This document shows, piece after piece, positions 1-7,615 of a stretch of DNA of 33,920 nucleotides (positions are counted from its first letter, which is position 1; each line of letters starts with the position of its first letter). Source of the stretch: Longimicrobiaceae bacterium. GTDB lineage: Bacteria > Gemmatimonadota > Gemmatimonadetes > Longimicrobiales > Longimicrobiaceae. The notes under the pieces are model-generated. The model was not told the origin of the DNA, searched no databases, and saw nothing but the letters and a program-made list of their open reading frames with translations. The DNA lies in contig JBPCJG010000106.1 of NCBI GenBank assembly GCA_051005515.1, forward strand, positions 1 through 33,920. Direction: 5' to 3'. The translations under genes were made by a program, and so were the position numbers.

Positions 1-85
1 GATCGGGCGGCCGGCGCAGGATGCGTCGGCCGCCGTTCTTATGGGCGTCGGTGAAAAGCTGCCCATCGGATCCACGGCGGGCCCT

Positions 86-295
86 TCAGCCGCTGTGCTC
101 TCCGTCCCGCTCTCCCCACTTCAGATACTCGAACCCCGTCCGGCAGCGCCGGCACCAGTACTGCGCCACCGAAAGGGCGCCGCCGAAGGGGCTGACCAGC
201 TCGCTTTCGCTCGCGTCGCAGAAGGGGCAGGGGGGGGAATCCGGGAGGGGAGCCCCCCCCTCCTCTTTTTCCGTCTCTCGCGGAGGTCGCGCCAT
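86..295 (-). CDS. Stand-alone zinc-ribbon protein equivalent to the C-terminal domain of PaaD (phenylacetyl-CoA epoxidase accessory subunit)
   Basis: 69-aa ORF (track ORF 86..298; ATG at 295..293 preferred over the TTG at 298). Four-Cys pattern 'CPFC...CRRC' within 'CPFCDASESELVSPFGGALSVAQYWCRRCRTGFEYLK', as in PaaD C-termini. The start overlaps the paaC stop by 1 nt. It is the last gene of the paa string. Confidence 0.6.
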   Translation of the reverse strand: MARPPRETEKEEGGAPLPDSPPCPFCDASESELVSPFGGALSVAQYWCRRCRTGFEYLKWGERDGEHSG

Positions 296-1143
296 CAATC
301 CAGCAGCATCTCGCGGTTCTTGTCGCCGCGCGCGCGGCCGATGGTTTCGGCGTCGGGGGCGCCGCCGCCGGCCCGGCGCCGGACGGTGTCCCAGTCGTCC
401 CAGTCGAGCGGCTGGACGCCCGAGACCGCATCCGCTTCCGTGTCGAAATCGGCGCCCAAGGCCGCTGCGAGCACCGGCACCACCCGCTCCAGGAAGTGCT
501 GCCGGAGATCGTCCGGGCCCGTGCGGACTACCCCTTCCTCGAGCAGCGCCCGGCTCGCCGCCGCGTCGGCCGGCCCGAACCAGCGCAGGGCCTCCGGGAG
601 CAGCGCATCGACCGCCCGCTTCAGCCCCTCACGCGCCTCTTCCGAGCGGCCGATCCGCCGCGCCCACCCCGCCGCGTATTGGAAGTGGAACGCCTCCTCG
701 TCGAGCAATTTCTGCACCCGGTTGCGGACCGGCGCGTAGCGGCTTTCGACCAGCGCTGCGTACTGCGTGGTGAGGGCCGTGTCGAGCAGCAAGGCCACCG
801 CGATCAGCTCGCTCCATGACTCCGGCTTGCGGTCGAGCGGCTGCATGGAGCGGTACTCCTCCGGCTGCCGCTCGTGCTCCAGCGCTTTGGGGTCGTCGCC
901 GAAGTCGGCAAGCAGCGCGTAAGTGAGCCGGCCGTGCCCCCACTCGTCCTGCGCCATCGAAGAAGCGGAGATGCCCGCCTCCAGCGACGGCGCGCCGAGC
1001 ATCCAGTCCGCGTAGCGGAGCCCCAGCAGGCGCTTGCTGTCGGCGAGCGCGAGGAGCAGGTCGCGGAGGGCGCTCCGGGCCGCCTCCGGCAGGGCGTCGG
1101 CGCTCTCGACCGGAACGTCGGCCACGGCGGTCGGCGGGGTCAT
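295..1143 (-). CDS. paaC: 1,2-phenylacetyl-CoA epoxidase subunit PaaC
   Basis: Internal ATG at 1143 of track ORF 295..1287 gives 282 aa (MTPPTAVADV...). Ferritin-like PaaC signature region 'LLLALADSKRLLGLRYADWMLGAPSLEAGISASSMAQDEWGHGRLTYALL'. ATGA overlap with the paaB stop. Confidence 0.85.
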   Translation of the reverse strand: MTPPTAVADVPVESADALPEAARSALRDLLLALADSKRLLGLRYADWMLGAPSLEAGISASSMAQDEWGHGRLTYALLADFGDDPKALEHERQPEEYRSMQPLDRKPESWSELIAVALLLDTALTTQYAALVESRYAPVRNRVQKLLDEEAFHFQYAAGWARRIGRSEEAREGLKRAVDALLPEALRWFGPADAAASRALLEEGVVRTGPDDLRQHFLERVVPVLAAALGADFDTEADAVSGVQPLDWDDWDTVRRRAGGGAPDAETIGRARGDKNREMLLD

Positions 1144-1430
1144 GGCTGCTCCTCGATGACCACTTCGTCGCCCCCGTACGATCCCACGCCCGCGGTGTCG
1201 GCGACCAGCGAGGTAGCCGCCGGCACGGCCTCGGCGGCGTGCTCCTCCCGGTTCACCGACAGGAGCGCGTCGCGCGCCACCACACACATCTCGAACCAGT
1301 TCTGCTCGTCGTACGTCTGCCAGGCGTAGACACGGGCGAGCTCGTCGTCGCCCGCGTTCAGGAAGCCGACGTGCTGCAGCGGATCCTCGCGGTTCTTGCG
1401 GGCGAAGACCTCGTAAACCGGCTCCTTCAT
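1140..1430 (-). CDS. paaB: 1,2-phenylacetyl-CoA epoxidase subunit PaaB
   Basis: 96 aa starting 'MKEPVYEVFARKNREDPLQHVGFLNAGDDELARVYAWQTYDEQNWFEM', a typical PaaB sequence. ATGA overlaps on both sides. Confidence 0.85.
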   Translation of the reverse strand: MKEPVYEVFARKNREDPLQHVGFLNAGDDELARVYAWQTYDEQNWFEMCVVARDALLSVNREEHAAEAVPAATSLVADTAGVGSYGGDEVVIEEQP

Positions 1431-1834
1431 ACGCTCACCCCCATCGCCCGCATCCCGTGTTTGCCGGCCTCCGAGATGCGCGACTTGCTCCAGGGCGGGT
1501 TCCACACCTCGTGGATCGCGACGTCCTCGACTCCGTCCTCCCGCCCCAGCCGTTCCGCGATGTCGTAGCGGATGAAGCCCGTGCAGGGGCAGCCGATCGC
1601 CGTGTAGGTGAGGTCCACGTGCGCGGTCCCGTCCTTCAAGCGAACGTCGTAGATCAGCCCCATGTCCACCAGGGAGATGGGGATCTCCGGGTCCACCACC
1701 TCGCGCAGCGCATCCCAGAGGGGGCCGGTCCGCTCCGCGGGGGGAACGGGATAGTCGCCGGAAGAAATTTCCCCTCCGTACCGCGTACCGCGTACCGCGT
1801 ACTCCGTATTCCGTACGGCCGCGCCAGGCGCCAT
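1427..1834 (-). CDS. DUF59 (MIP18/SufT-like) metal-sulfur cluster assembly domain protein, equivalent to the N-terminal domain of PaaD
   Basis: 135 aa from the ATG at 1834. DUF59 core 'LWDALREVVDPEIPISLVDMGLIYDVRL...VDLTYTAIGCPC'. Located between paaA and paaB. The start overlaps the paaA stop by 1 nt. Confidence 0.75.
   Translation of the reverse strand: MAPGAAVRNTEYAVRGTRYGGEISSGDYPVPPAERTGPLWDALREVVDPEIPISLVDMGLIYDVRLKDGTAHVDLTYTAIGCPCTGFIRYDIAERLGREDGVEDVAIHEVWNPPWSKSRISEAGKHGMRAMGVSV
1778..1819. repeat. Six tandem heptanucleotide units (GTACCGC x3, GTACTCC, GTATTCC, GTACGGC) inside the 5' end of the DUF59 gene
   Basis: Read directly: gtaccgc gtaccgc gtaccgc gtactcc gtattcc gtacggc. The 42 nt are 14 codons (codons 6-19 of the minus-strand CDS). 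Confidence 0.9.
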
Positions 1835-2772
1835 CAAGCCGCCTCCAGCATATGCCGGAACCCGCGACCCTCCTGGATCGCTTCGACATAGTCTCGATTC
1901 TTGGGGCCGCGCCCCTTCCAGCGCTCGAACACCTGCTCCCAGGAGATCTGCTCGTCGAAGAGCCAGCGCTTCTCGTCCTCGTCGTACTCGCAGGGGAAGG
2001 GGTATTCGAGCACGTACTCGTCGCGCTCCTCGTCCCAGTGCGCCGGCACGTCGACGCCGATCTTTTCGCAGAGCGGCACGGTGGCCCCCATCCAGGTCTG
2101 GCGGAGCTGGTCGTTGGTGAGCCCCTTGAGCTTGTAGTCGAGCTGTCCGGAGTGGCGCTTCATGTCGTCCGGAAGGCCGAACCACTCCACGGCCATCGGG
2201 AACATCCAGTCCGCCCCGCGCTGCACCTTGGCCTTGGCCTCGCCTCCGGCCGCGGCCAAGCGCTTCATCCACATCTCCCCGTGGCGCAGGTGAAAGGTCT
2301 CCTCCTGGTCCACCTTGACCAGCGCGCGCTTGAGCGGTCCGTACGAGGTGTTTTCGAAGACGTCGCCGAGCAGCGTGATCCCCGCGCGGTCGTAGAAGCC
2401 GTTCGCCACCACCAGCTCCGCCCAGTTCTCGAGCGGATGGTCGAAGCCGTAGGGGTGCTTGAACTCGTGCGGCTCGCGCCCGTAGACGAGGTGCTCCTTG
2501 TCCATCCCCAGATCCTCGAGCAGCCGGTACGCGATGTTGGCGTGGGCGAGCTCGTCCTGGATAATTGCGGTGGCCGACACCATGGTGTTGGTCGAGGGCG
2601 CATCGCGCGCGGCGCCGTGATACGCGGGGGCCGAGATCAGCTCGGTGTCCGCCTGCACCAGGAGCTGGACGATGAGGGCCTTGCGGTACCCCTCCGTCAT
2701 CTCTTCCGGATACTCGACGATGAAGCCGTTCTGTACCTTTTCCTTCAGTTCCGCGTCGCTGTATTTCTGCAT
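1834..2772 (-). CDS. paaA: 1,2-phenylacetyl-CoA epoxidase catalytic subunit PaaA
   Basis: 312-aa ORF with di-iron ferritin-like oxygenase motifs ('IIQDELAHANIAYRLLEDLG', 'VDQEETFHLRHGEMW'). It heads the paaA-paaB-paaC gene string. Confidence 0.9.
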   Translation of the reverse strand: MQKYSDAELKEKVQNGFIVEYPEEMTEGYRKALIVQLLVQADTELISAPAYHGAARDAPSTNTMVSATAIIQDELAHANIAYRLLEDLGMDKEHLVYGREPHEFKHPYGFDHPLENWAELVVANGFYDRAGITLLGDVFENTSYGPLKRALVKVDQEETFHLRHGEMWMKRLAAAGGEAKAKVQRGADWMFPMAVEWFGLPDDMKRHSGQLDYKLKGLTNDQLRQTWMGATVPLCEKIGVDVPAHWDEERDEYVLEYPFPCEYDEDEKRWLFDEQISWEQVFERWKGRGPKNRDYVEAIQEGRGFRHMLEAA

Positions 2773-2805
2773 TTCGGGTCTGCGTAGAGGCGCCCTCCGA
2801 AGCTC

Positions 2806-2821
2806 TCGAACAAGCGTTCGA
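2806..2821. promoter_or_regulatory. Candidate TetR/PaaR-type operator upstream of paaA
   Basis: Perfect 6+6 inverted repeat TCGAAC-aagc-GTTCGA, 34-49 nt upstream of the paaA ATG. The core CGAACAAGCGTTCG differs at one position from the Thermus PaaR consensus CNAACGNNCGTTNG, which I am quoting from memory. Confidence 0.35.
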
Positions 2822-2861
2822 AACTACGCCCTCGGGCCACTCTCGTCAAGGTGGGTGCGGG

Positions 2862-3644
2862 TTACACTTTGCTGAAATCGGTGGTGATCGTCTCGCTCCC
2901 GTCGTCCTGTTTCTCCGTCTTCAGGTCGTCGAAGATGTGCGGCGCTTCGCCCTGCAGGAGCCGCAGCACGGCCAAGGCGAGGCGTCGGATCTCCACGTCC
3001 GCGCCCCCGCTCCCCCGCATCTCGACGAAGTGGCGCCAGGCGCGGGCGTTGCCGGTCACCACGATCTTGGTTTCCGCGCAGTTCGGCAGCACCGAGCGCG
3101 CCGCCTGGCGGGCGCGCTTGCGGCGCATGGTGGCGGAGGCGTCGTCGGCCACCTGCTCGCCCACCTCCGCGAGCAATTCCCGGTACGCGGCCAGCGCCGC
3201 CTCGCACGCGGCGCTCCACGCCGCGAAGCCGCGGGTCCCCTCCGCAATCTCCGGGGGGAGCACGAAGCCGATCTCCGACTCGTCTACGTAGCGTTGGCTC
3301 AATTGGGAAAAACCGAAGCCGGCTCTGTGCCGCACCAGCTCGTGGGTGAGGCTGCGGCTCACCCCTTCCAGCAGCAGCGTCCAGACGGCGTGCTCCAGCA
3401 CGCTGCCGTGCTTGACCTTGAGGATGTTGGCCAGATACGATTCGTTCGTCGTGCGGCCGCGGATCGAGCGGTGGCCGCCACCGACGCCCGCGTCTTCCCC
3501 GAAGCTGAGATAGCACAGCCGTCCCGCGAACTCGGTGAGCGCCTGGCCCGGAACGTCGCTGTCGCTTTCCCAGCGAATGTGCTCCGGCGGCAGCCATTCC
3601 TGGCGCGCCAGCAGGGTGATTCGGGGTTCACGGAGGATCTGCAT
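2862..3644 (-). CDS. thyX: FAD-dependent thymidylate synthase ThyX
   Basis: ATG at 3644 inside track ORF 2862..4514 gives 260 aa (MQILREPRITLL...). ThyX signature 'ELVRHRAGFGFSQLSQRYV'. The upstream 290 aa of the track ORF are Arg/Pro-rich shadow sequence. Confidence 0.85.
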   Translation of the reverse strand: MQILREPRITLLARQEWLPPEHIRWESDSDVPGQALTEFAGRLCYLSFGEDAGVGGGHRSIRGRTTNESYLANILKVKHGSVLEHAVWTLLLEGVSRSLTHELVRHRAGFGFSQLSQRYVDESEIGFVLPPEIAEGTRGFAAWSAACEAALAAYRELLAEVGEQVADDASATMRRKRARQAARSVLPNCAETKIVVTGNARAWRHFVEMRGSGGADVEIRRLALAVLRLLQGEAPHIFDDLKTEKQDDGSETITTDFSKV

Positions 3645-3751
3645 CGAGCTCGGGTAACGGGGCGGGGGAAGGCGAAGCCGCAAGGTAGAGGCACTCCGGC
3701 GAGGCGACAAGACGGCGCTTTCTTCCCGTCCCCCACATTCACGCAAGGCCC

Positions 3752-4648
3752 GTGAGGATCGTCTCCTTTCTATCCAGCGCCACCGAAATCGTGGCCGCCC
3801 TGGGGCTCGCCGACCGCCTGGTGGGGATCTCCCACGAGTGCGACTTTCCCGCGCATGTCCTGGATCTTCCCGTGGTTTCCCGTTCCCGCTTCGATCCGCA
3901 GGGATTGACGAGCGGGGAGGTGGACGCCGCGGTCCGCCGCAGCATGGAGGAGTTCGGGAGCGTGTACACCGTAGACGAAGGGCTGCTGCGGGAATTGCAT
4001 CCCGACCTGATCCTGACGCAGGCGGTGTGCGAGGTGTGCGCGGTGCCCACCGGGGCGGTGGAGCGCGCGGCGGAAGGGCTGCCGGATCCGGTGGAAACGC
4101 TTTCCCTCGACGCGCACACGCTCGAGGGGATGCTCGGGACGATCTCGCGGGTAGCCGACGCCGCGGGGGTGCCGGAGCGCGGCGAAGCGGTGGTCGCGCG
4201 GCTGCGCGGCAGGCTGAACGCCGTGGCGGAGCGGGTCGGCGGCCGGCGTCGACCGCGCACGCTGGCCCTCGAGTGGCTCGATCCGCCGTTCGCACCCGGC
4301 CACTGGCTCCCGGAGATGGTGGTCGTCGCGGGCGGAGCAAACCTGCTGGGAAGCGCCGGAGCCCCGTCGCGCGAGGCGGAGTGGGCGGAGCTGCACGGCC
4401 TTGATCCCGAGATCCTTTGTCTGCTCCCCTGCGGGTGGGGGATCGAAGCGGCGCGTGCCGACGCCGATCGGCACCGCGAGCGCGTCCGTTCGGTCGCCCC
4501 CGGGGCCCGGGCATGGGTAGGGGCGGGGAGCTTCTTCAGCCGTTCCGGACCGCGGCTGGTGGACGGGACCGAAGCGCTCGCCGCGGCTCTGCACCCCGAA
4601 GTGTTCGAACAGGGCCCCCCGGCAGGCGTGCTCGAGCCGTGGAGCTAG
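3752..4648 (+). CDS. Periplasmic-binding-protein fold protein (BtuF/FecB-like, 'cobalamin-binding protein' type) without a signal peptide
   Basis: 298 aa with a GTG start. Begins 'MRIVSFLSSATEIVAALGLADRLVGISHECDFP', typical of Peripla_BP_2 proteins. No hydrophobic leader. No cognate permease or ATPase is adjacent. Confidence 0.65.
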   Translation: MRIVSFLSSATEIVAALGLADRLVGISHECDFPAHVLDLPVVSRSRFDPQGLTSGEVDAAVRRSMEEFGSVYTVDEGLLRELHPDLILTQAVCEVCAVPTGAVERAAEGLPDPVETLSLDAHTLEGMLGTISRVADAAGVPERGEAVVARLRGRLNAVAERVGGRRRPRTLALEWLDPPFAPGHWLPEMVVVAGGANLLGSAGAPSREAEWAELHGLDPEILCLLPCGWGIEAARADADRHRERVRSVAPGARAWVGAGSFFSRSGPRLVDGTEALAAALHPEVFEQGPPAGVLEPWS

Positions 4649-4732
4649 CCATTCCCGACGCCTCTGCCGCGGACGGCGCGACGCTTGCACTCGTGCGCCG
4701 CCGGACCTGTTTCCCTCATCCAGCACCACAGA

Positions 4733-5101
4733 ATGGTCTCCTTCAGCACCCGCACGCACGCCATCGTCGACTACCTGGTGGCGGTCGTGCTGGTCACCTC
4801 TCCCTGGTTGCTCGGCTTCGACCGCGGCGGCGCCGAACGGTGGATTCCCGTGACCGTTGGAGGGGCGATAACCCTCTACAGCCTGTTCACCGACTACGAA
4901 TTCGGCGTCCTACGCAGGATACAGATGCCCGCCCACCTCTGGTTCGACGCCTTCGCGGGCGTGTTTCTGATCGCGTCTCCCTGGCTGTGGGGATTCGACA
5001 GCAGGGTGTGGATCCCGCACGTCGTGCTGGGCGCGCTGATGGCGCTCGTGGCCACGGTGTCCCAGACGATTCCGGGGTACGAAAGGCGCAGGACCCGATA
5101 A
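4733..5101 (+). CDS. SPW-repeat membrane protein
   Basis: ATG at 4733 within track ORF 4685..5101 (the latter begins at a TTG). Two 'SPW' motifs ('VTSPWLLGFD', 'IASPWLWGFD') separated by hydrophobic helices. Confidence 0.7.
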   Translation: MVSFSTRTHAIVDYLVAVVLVTSPWLLGFDRGGAERWIPVTVGGAITLYSLFTDYEFGVLRRIQMPAHLWFDAFAGVFLIASPWLWGFDSRVWIPHVVLGALMALVATVSQTIPGYERRRTR

Positions 5102-5159
5102 GGCCGAGTCGAGAACGGATATTGCAACCCGCCTCGATCGCCGGATCGAATCACGCGAC

Positions 5160-5201
5160 GCTGCTCCGCGAGCCCGCGGGGCTGCTCCGCGAGCCCGCGG
5201 G
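5160..5201. repeat. Perfect 21-bp tandem duplication (GCTGCTCCGCGAGCCCGCGGG x2)
   Basis: Read directly at 5160-5180 and 5181-5201. It ends 7 nt before the ATG at 5209 and runs into its GGAGG ribosome-binding site. Confidence 0.95.
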
Positions 5202-5208
5202 AGGAATC

Positions 5209-5490
5209 ATGAACCGAATCCGTCAGAGCGAAGACGGGCTGCCTCAGCCGAAAGGGCCGTTCTCGGACGCCGAGTCACTCGAGCTGCTGCTCGCGTATCG
5301 ACGCGATCCGTCGAACGTCCCCTGCCCGCGGTGCGGACCCGGCAACATCGAGGTGCTGGCGTTCATCGAGCCCGAGATCGACCCCAACGGCTTCGCTTCG
5401 GTGACGGAACCGGAAGGGGAGTACGCTGCCGCGCTATACTGTCACGTGTGCGAGCGAGCCGTCGGCATCCTCGCCTCCGCCACAACCTGA
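5209..5490 (+). CDS. Small hypothetical 4-Cys (zinc-ribbon-like) protein
   Basis: 93 aa from an ATG preceded by GGGAGGAATC. 'CPRC' and 'CHVC' pairs about 45 residues apart. High third-position GC. I recognise no family. Confidence 0.5.
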   Translation: MNRIRQSEDGLPQPKGPFSDAESLELLLAYRRDPSNVPCPRCGPGNIEVLAFIEPEIDPNGFASVTEPEGEYAAALYCHVCERAVGILASATT

Positions 5491-5579
5491 CTTCCTGCCC
5501 GGGAACGTTCCATGCGTCACGGCTTCGCGACACCGGCGGCCGTGAGGCCGCCAGCGAACTCCGAACCCCACGCAGGACC

Positions 5580-6257
5580 ATGAACCAGAACAAAATCCAG
5601 TACACCGTCGCCCGCGCCGCCCTCGCCGTCTGCGTCCCTCTGGCGCTGGCCGCCTGCCAGCGGGGGGTGCAGGTGAGCTCGACCCCCGAGCCCGCTGCCG
5701 GCGGAATACAGCCGGTGGTGGTGGCGACTACCGGAGCGGCGGTGCCCACCGGCACCACGCTGCGGGCGCGGCTCAACAGCGAGATCAGCACGAGCAGCAG
5801 CCGGATCGGCGATCGCTTCACCGCGACCCTGCAAACCCCCATCCTGAACGCGCAGCGTGAAACGGTGATTCCCGCGGGGGCGCGCATCAACGGGACGGTG
5901 ACCGCGCTGCGCAAGTCCATCGACGTTGCGTCTCCTGCGATCGTGAAGCTCGATTTCCAGACCATCAACTGGAGCAATCGTTCGGTTCCGCTGAGCGCGG
6001 CGATCACCTCGACCCAGGCCGAGACGCGCGGCGGAGGCATCACCGAAGCGCTGCGGGGCACTGCTGTCGGCGCGGCCGCGGGGGCCGCCATCGGAGCGGT
6101 GATCGGGCGAGACGTGGAGGGCGCGCTGACCGGCGCCGCGATCGGCGCGGCGGCCGGCACGGCGATCTCGCTGGGGACGCAGGATGAGGCGGGCGTGCTT
6201 CCGGCCGGCACGTCGATGACGCTGCGGCTGACGGAGCCGCTCCCGCTCGGCCGCTGA
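5580..6257 (+). CDS. Lipoprotein with a C-terminal glycine-zipper region
   Basis: 225 aa from ATG 5580 in track ORF 5331..6257. Lipobox 'LALAAC'. C-terminal 'GTAVGAAAGAAIGAVIG...GAAIGAAAGTAISLG' glycine zipper. Confidence 0.7.
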   Translation: MNQNKIQYTVARAALAVCVPLALAACQRGVQVSSTPEPAAGGIQPVVVATTGAAVPTGTTLRARLNSEISTSSSRIGDRFTATLQTPILNAQRETVIPAGARINGTVTALRKSIDVASPAIVKLDFQTINWSNRSVPLSAAITSTQAETRGGGITEALRGTAVGAAAGAAIGAVIGRDVEGALTGAAIGAAAGTAISLGTQDEAGVLPAGTSMTLRLTEPLPLGR

Positions 6258-6258
6258 G

Positions 6259-7071
6259 ATGACGCCGGCGTCTTCCGCACTGGGCGAAGCGAGCGCGACG
6301 CACGGTCGGGTGGTGGAGTCGCTGAACGATCTGCTGCAGATCGATCACGACGCCATCGCGGCGTACGATGTCGCCTCGGAGAAGCTCGAGGACGAGGCCG
6401 CGGCCGAGCAGATCCGCCGGTTCCGGCAGGATCACGAGCGACACGTTTCCCAACTGAACGAGGTGGTGCGCTCCCTGGGTGGCACGGCCCGCAATGAGCC
6501 GCACCCGAGCGGTCCATTCCGGGAAGCTCTGCAAAGCCTGGGCGGGCTCGCCGGAGACAAGGGCGTGCTGATGGCGTGGCGTACCAACGAGCTGCAGGTC
6601 CGCAACCGCTATCGAGGCTATCTGACCCGGGCTGTCGAGTGGCCCGCCGAGGCCCGCCGCGTCCTGGAGCGGAGTGCAGCGGACGAGGAACGCCACTACC
6701 GCTGGGTAGTGGACGAGCTCGAACGGCTGGGGGTGACCTCCCGCGAGGGTGCCCGTCCTCCCGGCACGGACGACGAGGGGGCTGCCGACAAGCTGCGGGA
6801 CACGCTCGGAACGACGACCCGCCACATGCAGGACCGCGCCTCCAGGGCCGGCGCGCGCCTCCGCGAGCAGCTCCCCTCGGGCGACACGGGGGAGCGGCTC
6901 CGCCAGAAGGTGGACGGCGTGACACAGCACCTCCGCGACTCCGCTGAAGGGGCCAACCAGCAGTTTCACCAGGTCAGCGAAGACCTGGAAGGCAGAGTGC
7001 GGCGGCACCCGGCCCGCACCCTGCTGACGGCGGCGGTGGCGGGCTTCGTGGTCGGCAGGCTGATCCGGTGA
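6259..7071 (+). CDS. Ferritin-like four-helix-bundle (DUF2383/PA2169-like) domain fused to a DUF883 (ElaB/YqjD-type) C-terminal membrane anchor
   Basis: 270 aa. N-terminal 'LNDLLQIDHDAIAAYDVASEKLEDE...ERSAADEERHYRWVVDELERLG'. C-terminal 'VRRHPARTLLTAAVAGFVVGRLIR', resembling the ElaB/YqjD tail anchor. Confidence 0.6.
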   Translation: MTPASSALGEASATHGRVVESLNDLLQIDHDAIAAYDVASEKLEDEAAAEQIRRFRQDHERHVSQLNEVVRSLGGTARNEPHPSGPFREALQSLGGLAGDKGVLMAWRTNELQVRNRYRGYLTRAVEWPAEARRVLERSAADEERHYRWVVDELERLGVTSREGARPPGTDDEGAADKLRDTLGTTTRHMQDRASRAGARLREQLPSGDTGERLRQKVDGVTQHLRDSAEGANQQFHQVSEDLEGRVRRHPARTLLTAAVAGFVVGRLIR

Positions 7072-7077
7072 CCCGGC

Positions 7078-7605
7078 ATGGCTGAGATCGAGATCGCCCG
7101 CCGGGATGGGGCTGACGAACCCGTCGCCGCTGCGCGGGCGGAGATCGAGCAGACCCGCGCCCGCATGTCGGAAACCATCGAGGAGATCGAGCGGGTCCTG
7201 CTGCACAGGAAGGAGCGGGTCCGGGAACGGCTAGACGTGCTGGCGCCGGTGCGCGAGCGCCCGCTGGCGAGTCTGGGCGCCGCGTTCGGAGTCGCTCTGC
7301 TGCTCGGGCTGCTCACCGGCGGCGACGACGGCGGGTCCGAGCCGAACGATCGCGGCTGGAAGGAGCGCAGCGACACCTGGGAGGCCCGTTCCCGGCGTCT
7401 GCTGGACATCGCCAAAGCCCAGTCGGAGGAAATCCGCGAGTTGCGCGAAGACGTGGGGGAGCTGCGGTCGGAGGCGCTCGAGGAGCGGCACGCCCGAGAG
7501 CGATCGGAGCGGGAGTCCGCCGGGCCGTCCTGGCGCGATCGTCTCGCGGAAACCCTCACCGGCTTCATCGGCGACACGCTCCAGCAGCTCGCGCGGCGGC
7601 TCTGA
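7078..7605 (+). CDS. DUF3618-like coiled-coil protein with one central TM segment
   Basis: 175 aa. 'AEIEQTRARMSETIEEIERVL' resembles the DUF3618 N-terminal motif. Hydrophobic 'LGAAFGVALLLGLLTG'. Charged coiled-coil C-terminus. Confidence 0.55.
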   Translation: MAEIEIARRDGADEPVAAARAEIEQTRARMSETIEEIERVLLHRKERVRERLDVLAPVRERPLASLGAAFGVALLLGLLTGGDDGGSEPNDRGWKERSDTWEARSRRLLDIAKAQSEEIRELREDVGELRSEALEERHARERSERESAGPSWRDRLAETLTGFIGDTLQQLARRL

Positions 7606-7615
7606 CGCTCCGCCG

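Noticed and set aside
1-66. Possible start of another minus-strand gene (ATG at 66..64, 'MGSFSPTPIRTAADASCAGRPI...') downstream of the paa genes.
   Set aside because: Only 22 codons are visible and no motif is recognisable, so it cannot be supported from this window.
3645-3751. Possible cobalamin riboswitch upstream of the BtuF-like binding protein.
   Set aside because: The intergenic region is only 107 nt, shorter than a cobalamin aptamer plus expression platform. I see no B12-box-like core.
2862-4514. 550-aa track ORF that would extend ThyX 290 aa upstream.
   Set aside because: The extension is Arg/Pro/Ala-rich shadow sequence antisense to the BtuF-like gene. The ThyX homology begins at the internal ATG (3644), which also leaves a normal divergent intergenic region.
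5160-5201. The direct repeats as a possible CRISPR fragment.
   Set aside because: There are only two abutting copies with no spacer, and no cas genes in the window.
5363-6925. 520-aa minus-strand ORF. Similar giants occur at 14281-16200 (-), 16507-17946 (-), 26723-27943 (-), 7657-8898 (+), 27187-28005 (+) and 22808-23650 (+).
   Set aside because: All are Arg/Pro/Ala/Gly-rich with no recognisable motifs. They lie antisense or out of frame to ORFs with clear family signatures, which is the typical high-GC open-frame artefact.
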